Shown: positions 34,798 through 44,714 of the stretch, one piece after another
How positions within the stretch are numbered: the stretch's first letter is position 1
Layout of the letters: every line of letters starts with the position of its first letter
Origin: an uncultured Gammaproteobacteria bacterium
Lineage (GTDB): Bacteria; Patescibacteriota; Patescibacteriia; Patescibacteriales; UBA12465
NCBI GenBank assembly: GCA_964355275.1
Contig: CAYHCB010000001.1
Coordinates: forward strand, 99,424 to 163,423
DNA: 64,000 bases
Direction of reading: 5' to 3'
Translations under genes and position numbers: made by a program
The notes under the pieces: generated by a model
Databases searched by the model: none
What the model was told of the DNA's origin: nothing
Seen by the model: the letters and a program-made list of their open reading frames with translations, nothing else

Positions 34798-35523
34798 TTA
34801 GATAATCATTTTCTTATCGAGTCTTTCTTTAGCAAAATTCTGGGCTCTTAGTAAACTATCAAAAGTTCCAGCATCCAACCATTCGCCAGTTACCATCCCA
34901 ACTTCTAACTCGCCTTTTTCTAAATAAGCATTAAGAACACCGACTATCTCCAGTTCTCCGCGAACACTTGGTTTTAGTGATTTAGCAATATTTACTACTT
35001 TTGAATCAGTCACATAAAGCCCAGTCACCGCGTAATTACTTAAATACTCTTGTGGTTTTTCAACAATCTCCTGAGCGACTCTATTATCGTCAAATTTCAC
35101 GACCCCAAAACGTTCCGGATCGATAACATGTTTAGCAAAAACTTTAGCGCCCCCCTTAAAATTTTTAATATCTTCTGAAAAATCATCTTCAAAAATATTG
35201 TCGCCTAAAATCATAGCGACGTCCTCTTTATCAATAAAATTTTCTCCAATTAAATAGGCTTGTGCTAGACCTTCTGGTTTATCCTGAATTTCGTAAGTAA
35301 ATTTAACACCGAAATCTTTACCACTGCCCAATAAATTAAGATAGTCGCCCGCTCTCTCTGGCGAAACAATAATTAAAATTTCTTTAATACCCGCTTGTAT
35401 TAAAGTATTAAGTGGATAATAAATCATTGGTCGATTATAAATAGGTAGTAACTGCTTACTAGTTATTTTAGTAAGCGGTCTAAGTCTCGTTCCGCTTCCC
35501 CCTGATAAAATAATTCCTCTCAT
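34798..35523 (-). CDS. rfbA: glucose-1-phosphate thymidylyltransferase (short form)
   Basis: GGSGTRLRPLT, EKPxxP-like motif (VEKPQEY), RGELEI. Confidence 0.88.
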   Translation of the reverse strand: MRGIILSGGSGTRLRPLTKITSKQLLPIYNRPMIYYPLNTLIQAGIKEILIIVSPERAGDYLNLLGSGKDFGVKFTYEIQDKPEGLAQAYLIGENFIDKEDVAMILGDNIFEDDFSEDIKNFKGGAKVFAKHVIDPERFGVVKFDDNRVAQEIVEKPQEYLSNYAVTGLYVTDSKVVNIAKSLKPSVRGELEIVGVLNAYLEKGELEVGMVTGEWLDAGTFDSLLRAQNFAKERLDKKMII

Positions 35524-35527
35524 AATT

Positions 35528-36391
35528 TTATCTATTAATTATTAAATAATCACGAAGCGCTTCACGGTAATCACGTAAAGCGGGAAATTTAGTATTTTTT
35601 AAAACCGAAAATTTAGGACGAAGGGCTTCTCTGCTTAAATTAGCACTCTTAATGGCTGTTATTTTAATTGGTAAATTAAGAATTTTTTTTAACTCTAGTA
35701 TACTCTCATACCAGGTACTCGGACCACTATTAGTTAAATGATAAACACCAAATGGAAAATTTTCTGAAAGTAACTGTCTAGTCGCCTTAGCTAAATCAGG
35801 AGTATAGGTAAAACAACTAAGCTCTTCGTCAACTACTGTGAGCTCAGACTTACTTTCACTTAATTGAAGCATCACATCAAAAAAAGAAGCTTTAGTATGA
35901 GGGCTTGAACCTTTTGGTCCAAATAACTTAGACAAGCGAATTAAATAATATTTTAAACCATTTTCAGCTACCGCCATAACCGCTTTTTCACCTAAATATT
36001 TAGTTTCTCCGTATTTATTAATTGGATTAGGGGTAGCTGTTTCGCTAAATTCAAATTTATCTTTTGTACCACTGAAAACATAATCAGTGGAATAATGAAT
36101 AAGCGTAGCACCGCTAGTTAAACACCAATTAGCTAAAAATTTAGGTAAATCAACATTTAATTTTGTAGCAATAGTTAATTCATCTAAATCAGTTTCACAC
36201 TTATCAACGGCATTATAAGCCACCGCATTAATAATTATATTAGGTTTAGCTATTTCTAACTTAATAAATAAATCTTCTAAATTAAAAAAGTCTGCCTCTT
36301 TTTTATCCCAGGATAAAGGTTTATCAGTTGAAAAAGTTTTTACAAGTTGCGTGCCTAAACCACCGCTGGCTCCTAAAATAAGTATTTTCAT
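35528..36391 (-). CDS. rfbD: dTDP-4-dehydrorhamnose reductase
   Basis: GASGGLG Rossmann motif, STDYVF, YGETK. Confidence 0.88.
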   Translation of the reverse strand: MKILILGASGGLGTQLVKTFSTDKPLSWDKKEADFFNLEDLFIKLEIAKPNIIINAVAYNAVDKCETDLDELTIATKLNVDLPKFLANWCLTSGATLIHYSTDYVFSGTKDKFEFSETATPNPINKYGETKYLGEKAVMAVAENGLKYYLIRLSKLFGPKGSSPHTKASFFDVMLQLSESKSELTVVDEELSCFTYTPDLAKATRQLLSENFPFGVYHLTNSGPSTWYESILELKKILNLPIKITAIKSANLSREALRPKFSVLKNTKFPALRDYREALRDYLIINR

Positions 36392-36524
36392 ATTATTTTT
36401 AGTATAGTCTAGATACTCCCAGGAATCAAGAAAATAATAAATTTAAGAGAATTGATTATTTAATTAAAAAAACCTTTTAGCTAATCGCCAAACAGGTATT
36501 TTATTAAAAAATATTATACTTTGC

Positions 36525-37847
36525 TTATTTCCAACTTGAACCCTGCCGAACTAGTAACTTATGAGCTCTTTCTGGTTCAGCCATAATTCCTTTAACAATA
36601 TTTTCCATGCGCATAGACTGTGAACCTTTTACTAAAATAACATCACCACTTTTTATTCTTTCTTTAAGAAAAATTCCAGCTTCTTTAATATTAGCAAAAT
36701 GAAACATTGAATCTTCCAAAAAACCACCCAAGCGAGCACCATCTATAATAAATTTAGATTTTTCTCCAACCACTAGCAAATAATCAATATCGCTACCGGT
36801 TAATTTACTACCAACTAAATTATGACCCTCCTCGGTATAATCACCAATTTCCATCATATCACCCAAAACGGCATATTTTTTTCCATCTTCTGATATTCTT
36901 ATATCATTTAAAACATTTAGCGCGGCGATACAAGCGTCTGGTGAAGAATTGTAAGTATCATCAATAATAAAGGTATGATTTATGCCAGCCAATAAATTCA
37001 TTCGCCCCGCTGGTAAGTTAAAATTATTTAAAACTCCAGCTACTTCCACTAAATTCATACCAAAATGTAGACCCAAGGCCGCTCCAGTTAAAGCGGCGTA
37101 AATAGCTGGCTCAGACAACACATTTTTCATAAAGACTGGTACAAGAGCGCCCTCATGACTCATTTTAAAATGTAAACCTGCTAAATCATAATCTCCTTTA
37201 GAAAAATTATAGGAAATATCTTGCGCCCTTAAATCAGCACCCTCTTTTAAGCCGTAAGTCATCACCTTGGCATGGCTAACCTCGGACATTTCTCTGGTTA
37301 ATTCATTATCATAATTTAAAACTGATAAACCCTTATTATCAACATTTTCAATAATTACTTGTTTCTCTTTCTTGATATTGGCCACACTACCAAAATATTC
37401 TAAGTGAGCATAAGATACGGCCGTAACAACACCAACTTCTAAATTAATCATCGAGCATAAATAAGCCATATCACCAGGACGATCTACTCCCATTTCTAAA
37501 ATTAAAATTTCTGGATAATTTTTATCTCTTATTAATATCAACTTCCAGGCCTTAATAAATATTTTAAACCAACCAAGAAGTGAGTGCCCAGCCGACTCGT
37601 GCCCAATAATAGTTAATGGTAAACCTAATTCATTATTATAGTTCTTAAAGCTAGACCGTACTTTAAAGCGGTCGCTTAAAACCAAAGAAATTGCCTCCTT
37701 AGAACTAGTTTTACCAATACTACCAGTTATACCAATAACGTGCGGCTGATATTTTTTTATAATCAGTGAAGCTAAAAATTTTAATTTTATTTTAAGTATT
37801 TTGCGCATATTTTCTTTATAATTAAAGAGACTTAAATACTTTAACAC
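36525..37847 (-). CDS. murF: UDP-N-acetylmuramoyl-tripeptide--D-alanyl-D-alanine ligase
   Basis: GITGSIGKTS P-loop, DDTYNSSP, VLVKGSQSMRME. An alternative start at 37808 is possible. Confidence 0.9.
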   Translation of the reverse strand: MLKYLSLFNYKENMRKILKIKLKFLASLIIKKYQPHVIGITGSIGKTSSKEAISLVLSDRFKVRSSFKNYNNELGLPLTIIGHESAGHSLLGWFKIFIKAWKLILIRDKNYPEILILEMGVDRPGDMAYLCSMINLEVGVVTAVSYAHLEYFGSVANIKKEKQVIIENVDNKGLSVLNYDNELTREMSEVSHAKVMTYGLKEGADLRAQDISYNFSKGDYDLAGLHFKMSHEGALVPVFMKNVLSEPAIYAALTGAALGLHFGMNLVEVAGVLNNFNLPAGRMNLLAGINHTFIIDDTYNSSPDACIAALNVLNDIRISEDGKKYAVLGDMMEIGDYTEEGHNLVGSKLTGSDIDYLLVVGEKSKFIIDGARLGGFLEDSMFHFANIKEAGIFLKERIKSGDVILVKGSQSMRMENIVKGIMAEPERAHKLLVRQGSSWK

Positions 37848-37876
37848 CTTAGCGCTGGGTCATTTTGTCGTCAAGT

Positions 37877-39961
37877 TTAATTTTTAGTCTTAGGAACTTG
37901 ATAATATTGCAGCATAAACGTTGCTATATCGGTCCATAAAGGTAAAGCTGAAGCCTCAGCATATTGAATCCCCTCAGGACTGTCGATGTGGGTTAGCATT
38001 ACAAAACGCGGATTATCAATAGGAGCGATGCCAATAAAAGTGTGATTATACCGATCCTTTTCATAACCTCCGTTAACCGCAATTTGAGCTGTCCCTGTTT
38101 TACCACCAATATAATAACCAGCAATAGCGGCTTTTTTAGAATGGCCGGCAGTCACCACATTGGCTAACATACCGAGCATAGTAGTTGCTGTTTTCTCACT
38201 AATTACTTGCCTCCCTTGAACCGGGGTAATGGTGTCAATTTTACCATCTGGATGTTTAATTTCCTTAACAATATATGGCTTCATTAAATAACCCTTATTA
38301 GCAAAAACTTGATAGGCGGATACCATCTGTAATGGTGTAACCGCAATCCCCTGACCAAAAGAGGCAGTCGCGGCATCAATATCTTTTATTTTATTTTTAA
38401 GTAAATTATTTATATCACCAGGAGCTTCAGAACCAAGCTCAATTCCCGTTCTTTCTCCAAAACCAAAATTCTTAACATACTCAGCAAAAGTTTTAGCACC
38501 AACCTGACGCATAACAAATATAGCTCCAGTGTTAAGTGAATTTTCTAAAACATAATTCATATCAACGGTGCCGTGGCCACCCTTAGTATCAAAGTCGGCA
38601 TTTCTAATTGGTTTTGACCAGCCGTCAATATATATCTCTCCGGAATCACGATAAGTGGTGCTCGGATTTACTTTATTTTGGTCTAATGCGATTGACATGG
38701 TAATTGCTTTAAAAACTGAGCCTGGTTCATATTGGTCAAATATAGCGGGATTTTTAAAAACGGCGATATCTTCAACATTACGATAATCGTTAGGATTAAA
38801 ATCTGGCACCGAGCACATAGCTAAAATCGCCCCCGTCTTAACATCAATTGCAATTACCGTGCCTCCTTTAGCTTGAAATTTATCCACAGTGTTTTTAAGT
38901 TGAGAACAAGCATAAAATTGAACACTACGGTCAATTGTTAGCACCAAATCACTACCCGGAATCGATTTAATGTATTCCCTGTCATTTACAATTAAAGAAT
39001 TATTAACTCCACGTTCTCCTTTAAGCGAACCAAATTTACCAAATAATTCTTCATTAAAAAATTCTTCTAAGCCATAACTACCTACACCAGCTTCATCCCC
39101 ATAGCTAACAAAACCTAAAATATGAGAAGCAATATTCTCTTCTGGATAATATCTAAATTTTCTAATTTCAAAACTAAAACCAATCAATTTGAGTTCTTTA
39201 TTTGTCTTAGTGTTCATTACTTTACCAAGAGAAATAGACAAATCATCGACACTTACAACAGACGAAGTTGCCTTATTATTCATGAAGGCATAAAACTTTA
39301 ATAAATTATCATCACTAACTTTATTTTCAATCACAGCATACATGCCGCCCGGACGACTGAGTTTTTTGGTATATGCCGCGACTAAAGTTAGTCGATTATT
39401 TTCCAGCTCCTGCTCTTTCTGAATTTCTGCTTGTTCTTCTAAGGTACCAGAATTTTTTAAATCAATTTGACGCTTAATTTCTTGGGCTAAATTTTTTTGT
39501 TTTTCCTCGGGACTAAGTAATTCATTGTTATTAATTGTTGTTAAACGAGTTTCAAAATCTTCAACCGTGCTTTTAGCTATACTACTACTTAAACTTTGAG
39601 AGAGACGCGGTTTATCAAAAAATTCATAAAGATTTAAAGCAACCTCTTCTGGATTAATAATATCATTAGGAACAGCATAAATTAAATAAAAATCTTTATT
39701 AGTGGCCAAGGTATATTGAATTTTCTCGCCACCAGCTGAATCGCTAATGATAATCTTTCCTCTATCGGGGGTAATGGTGCTTGAAATCTCATGTTGATTA
39801 GCTGCTAGAGCGACATAAATATCACTTTGATTAATTTGAACATGATATAGACGATAAATAAGAGAACCGGAAAATAAAAAAACAATCGCCACGACTAAGC
39901 GGAGGCGACTATTATTACCTTCTTGGCGATTACTAGTTGTTTTTTTCTTATCTCGCCACAT
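37877..39961 (-). CDS. ftsI: penicillin-binding protein 2/3 class (transpeptidase)
   Basis: N-terminal TM, SxxK (SVFK), SxN (SLN), KTG (KTGT), dcw position. Confidence 0.9.
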   Translation of the reverse strand: MWRDKKKTTSNRQEGNNSRLRLVVAIVFLFSGSLIYRLYHVQINQSDIYVALAANQHEISSTITPDRGKIIISDSAGGEKIQYTLATNKDFYLIYAVPNDIINPEEVALNLYEFFDKPRLSQSLSSSIAKSTVEDFETRLTTINNNELLSPEEKQKNLAQEIKRQIDLKNSGTLEEQAEIQKEQELENNRLTLVAAYTKKLSRPGGMYAVIENKVSDDNLLKFYAFMNNKATSSVVSVDDLSISLGKVMNTKTNKELKLIGFSFEIRKFRYYPEENIASHILGFVSYGDEAGVGSYGLEEFFNEELFGKFGSLKGERGVNNSLIVNDREYIKSIPGSDLVLTIDRSVQFYACSQLKNTVDKFQAKGGTVIAIDVKTGAILAMCSVPDFNPNDYRNVEDIAVFKNPAIFDQYEPGSVFKAITMSIALDQNKVNPSTTYRDSGEIYIDGWSKPIRNADFDTKGGHGTVDMNYVLENSLNTGAIFVMRQVGAKTFAEYVKNFGFGERTGIELGSEAPGDINNLLKNKIKDIDAATASFGQGIAVTPLQMVSAYQVFANKGYLMKPYIVKEIKHPDGKIDTITPVQGRQVISEKTATTMLGMLANVVTAGHSKKAAIAGYYIGGKTGTAQIAVNGGYEKDRYNHTFIGIAPIDNPRFVMLTHIDSPEGIQYAEASALPLWTDIATFMLQYYQVPKTKN

Positions 39962-39965
39962 TATA

Positions 39966-40313
39966 TTATTTTCTGGCCAATGCGGCTTGGTTAACAGTTA
40001 AATATTCAACCTCTGAAACCGCTACCATATTTAATTTTTTAATCTTATCATTTAAATTACTATAAGACTGAAGATTCATCACCTTAGCTTCACTATCTAA
40101 ATTTTCACTAGCCAAAATAGTCGTTTGAGATTTTAGTTCTTTCAGAAGAAAACCTTTAACCGTTAGATCATTAATACTTATTAAATAGTAACCGCCAATA
40201 ATTAAGGTTAAACTTCCCAAAAAAAAGTTCACCAATTTTAAATTTAATCTTTTAGAAATCTCAACTCGTCCTGTTATGTAGTTAGGACGTTTAGTGGTTA
40301 TAACTGCGGTCAT
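39966..40313 (-). CDS. ftsL: FtsL-like cell division membrane protein
   Basis: 115 aa, single TM followed by a short coiled segment, located between rsmH and ftsI. Confidence 0.6.
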   Translation of the reverse strand: MTAVITTKRPNYITGRVEISKRLNLKLVNFFLGSLTLIIGGYYLISINDLTVKGFLLKELKSQTTILASENLDSEAKVMNLQSYSNLNDKIKKLNMVAVSEVEYLTVNQAALARK

Positions 40314-40345
40314 AACGATTTAGTTATTATGTAATTTAAAAATTA

Positions 40346-41293
40346 TTATATTTTTTGGGCCAATCTGAATTTAGCGCTACGTGCTCGGGGATTTATATCA
40401 CTTTCTAAATCACTAGCTGGGGTGGGTTTCTTGGTTAATATTTTCAAAGTAGCCAAGTGATCACAAATACAGGCCGGAAACGATGAGGGGCAAGTGCAAT
40501 CCTTACTTTCCGATTTAAAGAATTCTTTTACAATTCTATCTTCGCCACTATGAAATGATACAACAGCTAACCTTCCCCCTTCTCGTAAAATACTAGCAGC
40601 CACTGGCAGAACTTCTTTTAAAGCTTCGAGTTCTTTGTTTGTTTCCATTCTTAAAGCTTGGAAAACTCTAGTCGCAGGATTTATTTTAAGTCTTGGATTC
40701 GGTTTTATAACTTGAGAAATTATTTGAAGTAACTCTCCGGTAGTTCTAATCCAATTCCCCTTTCTTAATTCGACTATCTTTTTAGCCAGGGCATAAGCCT
40801 TAGGCTCTTCTCCGTAAACTCTAAAAACATATGTTAAACGATCAAGTGTATAACGATTAATAATTGTAGTGGTCGCGATCGCAGTATGCCCCTCTTGATT
40901 AAAAGACATATCCAGTGGTCTGTCACCTTGAAAAGAAAAACCACGACTCGTATCAGATAATTGGGCGGAAGAAAGACCTAGGTCAAATACTATTCCATCA
41001 ATTTTATAATTTTTTGGGAAATTTTCCTGAATAATTTTTTGTAAATTACGAAAGTTATCTTGTACTAAAATTATATTTGAAATATTTTCTTTGATAATTT
41101 TATCTCTGGCATTATCCAGCGATAAATCATCTAAATCGATAGCTAAAACTTTTCCTTTATCACCCACTAAACGGGAAAGCGCTAAAGTGTAACCGGCACC
41201 ACCTAAAGTACAGTCAATAAAAGTTTGTCCTGGTTTTGGGTCTAAGCCAATTAGTACTTCCGGCAACATCACTGGTATATGTTTGTAATCCAT
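40346..41293 (-). CDS. rsmH: 16S rRNA (cytosine1402-N4)-methyltransferase
   Basis: HIPVM, DCTLGGAGY, DLGLSSAQL, SFHSGEDR. Confidence 0.95.
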   Translation of the reverse strand: MDYKHIPVMLPEVLIGLDPKPGQTFIDCTLGGAGYTLALSRLVGDKGKVLAIDLDDLSLDNARDKIIKENISNIILVQDNFRNLQKIIQENFPKNYKIDGIVFDLGLSSAQLSDTSRGFSFQGDRPLDMSFNQEGHTAIATTTIINRYTLDRLTYVFRVYGEEPKAYALAKKIVELRKGNWIRTTGELLQIISQVIKPNPRLKINPATRVFQALRMETNKELEALKEVLPVAASILREGGRLAVVSFHSGEDRIVKEFFKSESKDCTCPSSFPACICDHLATLKILTKKPTPASDLESDINPRARSAKFRLAQKI

Positions 41294-41297
41294 GTTC

Positions 41298-41729
41298 TTA
41301 AATTCCTAAATCACCTAATTCTTCGGCGATAGCATTACTATTTTTTTCTGACTCCTGTTTATATTTATTCCATGATGCTTCATTCCAGATTTCTAAATGA
41401 TTATATAAACCAGCCACAATAACATTTTTCTTTAAGCCAGAAAAACTTCTTAAATATTCTGGTAGGGTAATTCTTCCTTGAGTATCAAATTCTAAATCCA
41501 TAGCGCCGGCTAACATATGACGACTAAAAGCTCGAGCGCGCGCCTGACTAATGGGTAAGCTAGCAAATTTTTTAGCAATAACGGCAAACTGCTCTTTAGA
41601 ATACAAAAATAAACAATTATCTAATCCCTTTGTAACAACTGCTCCTTTTTTTAGAGCAACCCTAAACTTAGCAGGGATTGCTAAGCGTCCTTTGTCATCA
41701 AGATTATGTTTGTACTCACCAATGAACAT
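41298..41729 (-). CDS. mraZ: division/cell wall cluster transcriptional regulator MraZ
   Basis: Two SpoVT/AbrB-like repeats with DxxGR motifs (DDKGRLAIP, DTQGRITLP). Confidence 0.95.
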   Translation of the reverse strand: MFIGEYKHNLDDKGRLAIPAKFRVALKKGAVVTKGLDNCLFLYSKEQFAVIAKKFASLPISQARARAFSRHMLAGAMDLEFDTQGRITLPEYLRSFSGLKKNVIVAGLYNHLEIWNEASWNKYKQESEKNSNAIAEELGDLGI

Positions 41730-41799
41730 AATTTTTCAATTTGAATTTTATAATTAAAAACTATTATATTATTCACTATTTTTACAATTCACCTATATT

Positions 41800-41853
41800 C
41801 CCCACTATCTGCCTCAATACCCCAATTATACATTACCGCCCCCCAATGGTCAA
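41800..41853 (-). promoter_or_regulatory. mraZ promoter (TTGACC-17-TATAAT) with three TGGGG direct repeats (candidate MraZ operator)
   Basis: Minus strand -35 at 41848-41853 and -10 at 41825-41830. TTGGGG at 41841-41846 and 41820-41825, GTGGGG at 41800-41805, with 21- and 20-bp spacing. Confidence 0.5.
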
Positions 41854-41901
41854 CACAAAGCAAATATCAAGTATTATGATAAATAATGGCTAATTTTAAA
41901 A

Positions 41902-41930
41902 TAAAAAAAATCACCTGTGCATAAGTGATT
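41902..41930 (-). terminator. terminator after the tsaB-like gene
   Basis: Minus strand AATCAC / GTGATT stem followed by T8. Confidence 0.6.
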
Positions 41931-41961
41931 TCTATTTTTTATTTATTATAAAGAATTATGC

Positions 41962-42363
41962 TTAACTTTTTTTCTTCTTAGATATGCCAATATTTGGCTC
42001 TCTATCATACTTCGGGGTAACTAAAATATAATTAGCAAATTTTTTTACTGGTTCATCTTTTAAAACTTCACCACTTTCGGTAACCGCCTCTACGGGAATA
42101 TTTAAAGCATAAGCTAAAGCATTAGCAGTTACAACGCCGATACGCAAACTAGTAAATGAACCTCCAGAAGTTACTACCTGAATTTTTTTTAAATCAGCAA
42201 TCGATTTATCAACTGTAGCTAAAATTAAAGCAACAGCTGGTAAAAGTTTTTCTGCCTGCTTACGTGGTGCTTTAAATTTTTTTGTTTTTATTTTTTTACC
42301 CTCACTGCTAAGTAATGAAACGATAACCTCGTCATAAGAAGCCGTGTTAATAAATAGAGTCAT
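41962..42363 (-). CDS. tsaB: TsaB-like protein, N-terminal half only (t6A biosynthesis partner)
   Basis: 133 aa with GGSFTSLRIGVVTANALAYALNIPV, typical of the TsaB N-terminal domain. The C-terminal half is absent. Confidence 0.65.
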   Translation of the reverse strand: MTLFINTASYDEVIVSLLSSEGKKIKTKKFKAPRKQAEKLLPAVALILATVDKSIADLKKIQVVTSGGSFTSLRIGVVTANALAYALNIPVEAVTESGEVLKDEPVKKFANYILVTPKYDREPNIGISKKKKS

Positions 42364-42366
42364 AAA

Positions 42367-43305
42367 TTAAAACTTAAAAATATTTTTTACATCTTTATAA
42401 CTTTCCGCTTTAACGAGTTTAGATCTAAAACTAGCGGCACCATTTAATCCCTGCACGTACCAACATAAATGTTTACGAAGTTCAATAATTGCTTTTTCTC
42501 CTTTTAACTTTTTGCACAACTTTGCGTGACCTAAAATAATTTTAGACACATCTTTTATATCTAAATCAATTTTTTTATTTTTTTTTATTTCAGAAAATAA
42601 CCATGGTCTTCCTAGAATTCCACGGGCCAGACCTAAGCCATCAGCTTCTGATAAATCTAAAGTTTTTTTTGCCTGATCTAGGTTATTAATTCCGCCATTA
42701 GCTAAAATAATACCCTTAAAATAATTTCTAGCTTCTTTAATTAAATTATAATCTATTTCTCCTGTAAACCCTTGACTAAGTGAGCGACCATGAATCATAA
42801 CCGCCGCTACCGGTAAATCAGAAATTGATTTTAAAAATTCTAGCGCCGTCACCTGCCCCGATTTAGTTCTAATTTTTATAGAAACCGGTAAATTAGTGTT
42901 AGCACACACAGCCGAAATAACGGCATGAGCGTTCTCTAACTTTCCCATAAGTTCTGCGCCTGCACCTTGTTTGATAATTTTACCAACCGGACAACCAAAA
43001 TTAATATCTATTCCTTGTGGTTTTATTTCTTTAGTTACAATTTTAGCGGCCACCCCAAAGTGTTCGGGGTTACTACCAAAAAGTTGCACAACATAATTTT
43101 TTTCCAATTTTTTATTAAAGCGTAATAAATCCAAGGTTGGTTTTTTATTATAATATAGGGCGGTAACAGAGGCCATCTCACTATAAACAACATCGGCTCC
43201 GTATTTGCTAACAATTTGTCTAAAGGCTGAATCAGAAAAACCAGCCATAGGAGCTAAAGCTAAAATCGGTTTTTTTATTTTTTGCCAAAAATTATTAGAA
43301 GACAT
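42367..43305 (-). CDS. dus: tRNA-dihydrouridine synthase
   Basis: LAPMAGFSD, catalytic NFGCP, HGR motif. Confidence 0.9.
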   Translation of the reverse strand: MSSNNFWQKIKKPILALAPMAGFSDSAFRQIVSKYGADVVYSEMASVTALYYNKKPTLDLLRFNKKLEKNYVVQLFGSNPEHFGVAAKIVTKEIKPQGIDINFGCPVGKIIKQGAGAELMGKLENAHAVISAVCANTNLPVSIKIRTKSGQVTALEFLKSISDLPVAAVMIHGRSLSQGFTGEIDYNLIKEARNYFKGIILANGGINNLDQAKKTLDLSEADGLGLARGILGRPWLFSEIKKNKKIDLDIKDVSKIILGHAKLCKKLKGEKAIIELRKHLCWYVQGLNGAASFRSKLVKAESYKDVKNIFKF

Positions 43306-44703
43306 TTAAATTAAACTAAATTTCATCCCCTCCTTGGTATCCTCCACGCCATAACCACGAGTTTTTATTTCATCTCTTAAACGATCAGATTCCGCAAAAT
43401 CTTTGGCCAAACGAGCCGCTTCACGAGCCAAAGCTAAAGCTTGAACTTCAGCTGACAGCTCACTAAAAATAATTTCACTGGTGACAAAATTTTTAGCATG
43501 ATTAAAACCTAGGCCTAATACTTTATCAAAATTTAGAACCGTGGCTAATTTAACGTCAGGCGCTAAATCAGATTTAAGTAAATCTTGAGTGATAGCTAAC
43601 GCTTGCGGAATGTTTAAATCATCAGAAATAGCCGATATAAAACTATTGCGCCAAAATTCATTTACTTCGCCAATATTTTCCCCCAAAGACGCTATTTGTT
43701 TAAGTAAGTTATTCCAACCATTTTGTGCTTGACGAAAACTATCCTCAGAATACTCCATTGGCTTTCGATAATGAACCGAGGCGGCCGCAAAACGATAAGC
43801 TAAAGGTGATAAACCTTTTTTCACTAAAGCATTATCCAGAGTTAAAAAATCGTCAGTACTTTTGGCCATTTTTTTACCACCAGGAACATTTAAAAAAGCC
43901 CCGTGAAGCCAATAATTAAAAAATTTTTCACCAGTCGCTGCTTCGCTCTGGGCTATTTCATTGGTATGATGAACGTTAATATGGTCAATTCCGCCGCAAT
44001 GAATATCTCGTAATGAGCCAAGAAACTTAAGACTCATCGCCGAACACTCAATATGCCAACCGGGAAAACCAATTCCCCATGGTGACTCCCATTCCATCTG
44101 GCGTTGTAATCCAAGTGGAGAAAATTTCCATAAAGCAAAATCAGTTGGATTCTTTTTCTCAGGATTTTTTTCTACTCTAGCCCCCTCCTCTAAATCTGCT
44201 AAATTTAAATGACTAAGCTTATTATAATCAGGAAATTTATTAGTATTAAAATAAATTCCGTCGCTTGTTTGATAAGTAAAACCCTTGCTCTCTAAAATTT
44301 TAATTAAATCAATTTGTTCGGGAATATTATCTGTCGCCTTACACCAAATAGTTGGTTCGGATATATTTAAATAAGCTAAATCTTTTTTAAAAGCAGCTAA
44401 ATAAAAATCGGCGATTTCCCAGGCACTTTTTCCTTCACGGATTGAACCTTTTTCCATTTTGTCTTCTCCAACATCTCCATCGCCGACTAAATGACCAACA
44501 TCGGTCACATTCATGACATGCTTTACTGGATATTTATTATAGATAAGAATACGTTTCAACCAATCTTCAAATAAATAACTACGTAAATTACCGATATGAG
44601 CATAATTATAAACTGTCGGTCCGCAAGTATAAAGACCAATTTCATTTTTATTTATTGGTTTAAATTCTTCTTTTTCTCTAGTTAAGGTGTTGTATAAAAT
44701 CAC
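43306..44703 (-). CDS. cysS: cysteine--tRNA ligase
   Basis: HIGN (AHIGNLRS), KMSKS variant KMAKS, and the CGGIDH Zn-site region. Confidence 0.96.
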   Translation of the reverse strand: MILYNTLTREKEEFKPINKNEIGLYTCGPTVYNYAHIGNLRSYLFEDWLKRILIYNKYPVKHVMNVTDVGHLVGDGDVGEDKMEKGSIREGKSAWEIADFYLAAFKKDLAYLNISEPTIWCKATDNIPEQIDLIKILESKGFTYQTSDGIYFNTNKFPDYNKLSHLNLADLEEGARVEKNPEKKNPTDFALWKFSPLGLQRQMEWESPWGIGFPGWHIECSAMSLKFLGSLRDIHCGGIDHINVHHTNEIAQSEAATGEKFFNYWLHGAFLNVPGGKKMAKSTDDFLTLDNALVKKGLSPLAYRFAAASVHYRKPMEYSEDSFRQAQNGWNNLLKQIASLGENIGEVNEFWRNSFISAISDDLNIPQALAITQDLLKSDLAPDVKLATVLNFDKVLGLGFNHAKNFVTSEIIFSELSAEVQALALAREAARLAKDFAESDRLRDEIKTRGYGVEDTKEGMKFSLI

Positions 44704-44714
44704 ATTATTTTTTA

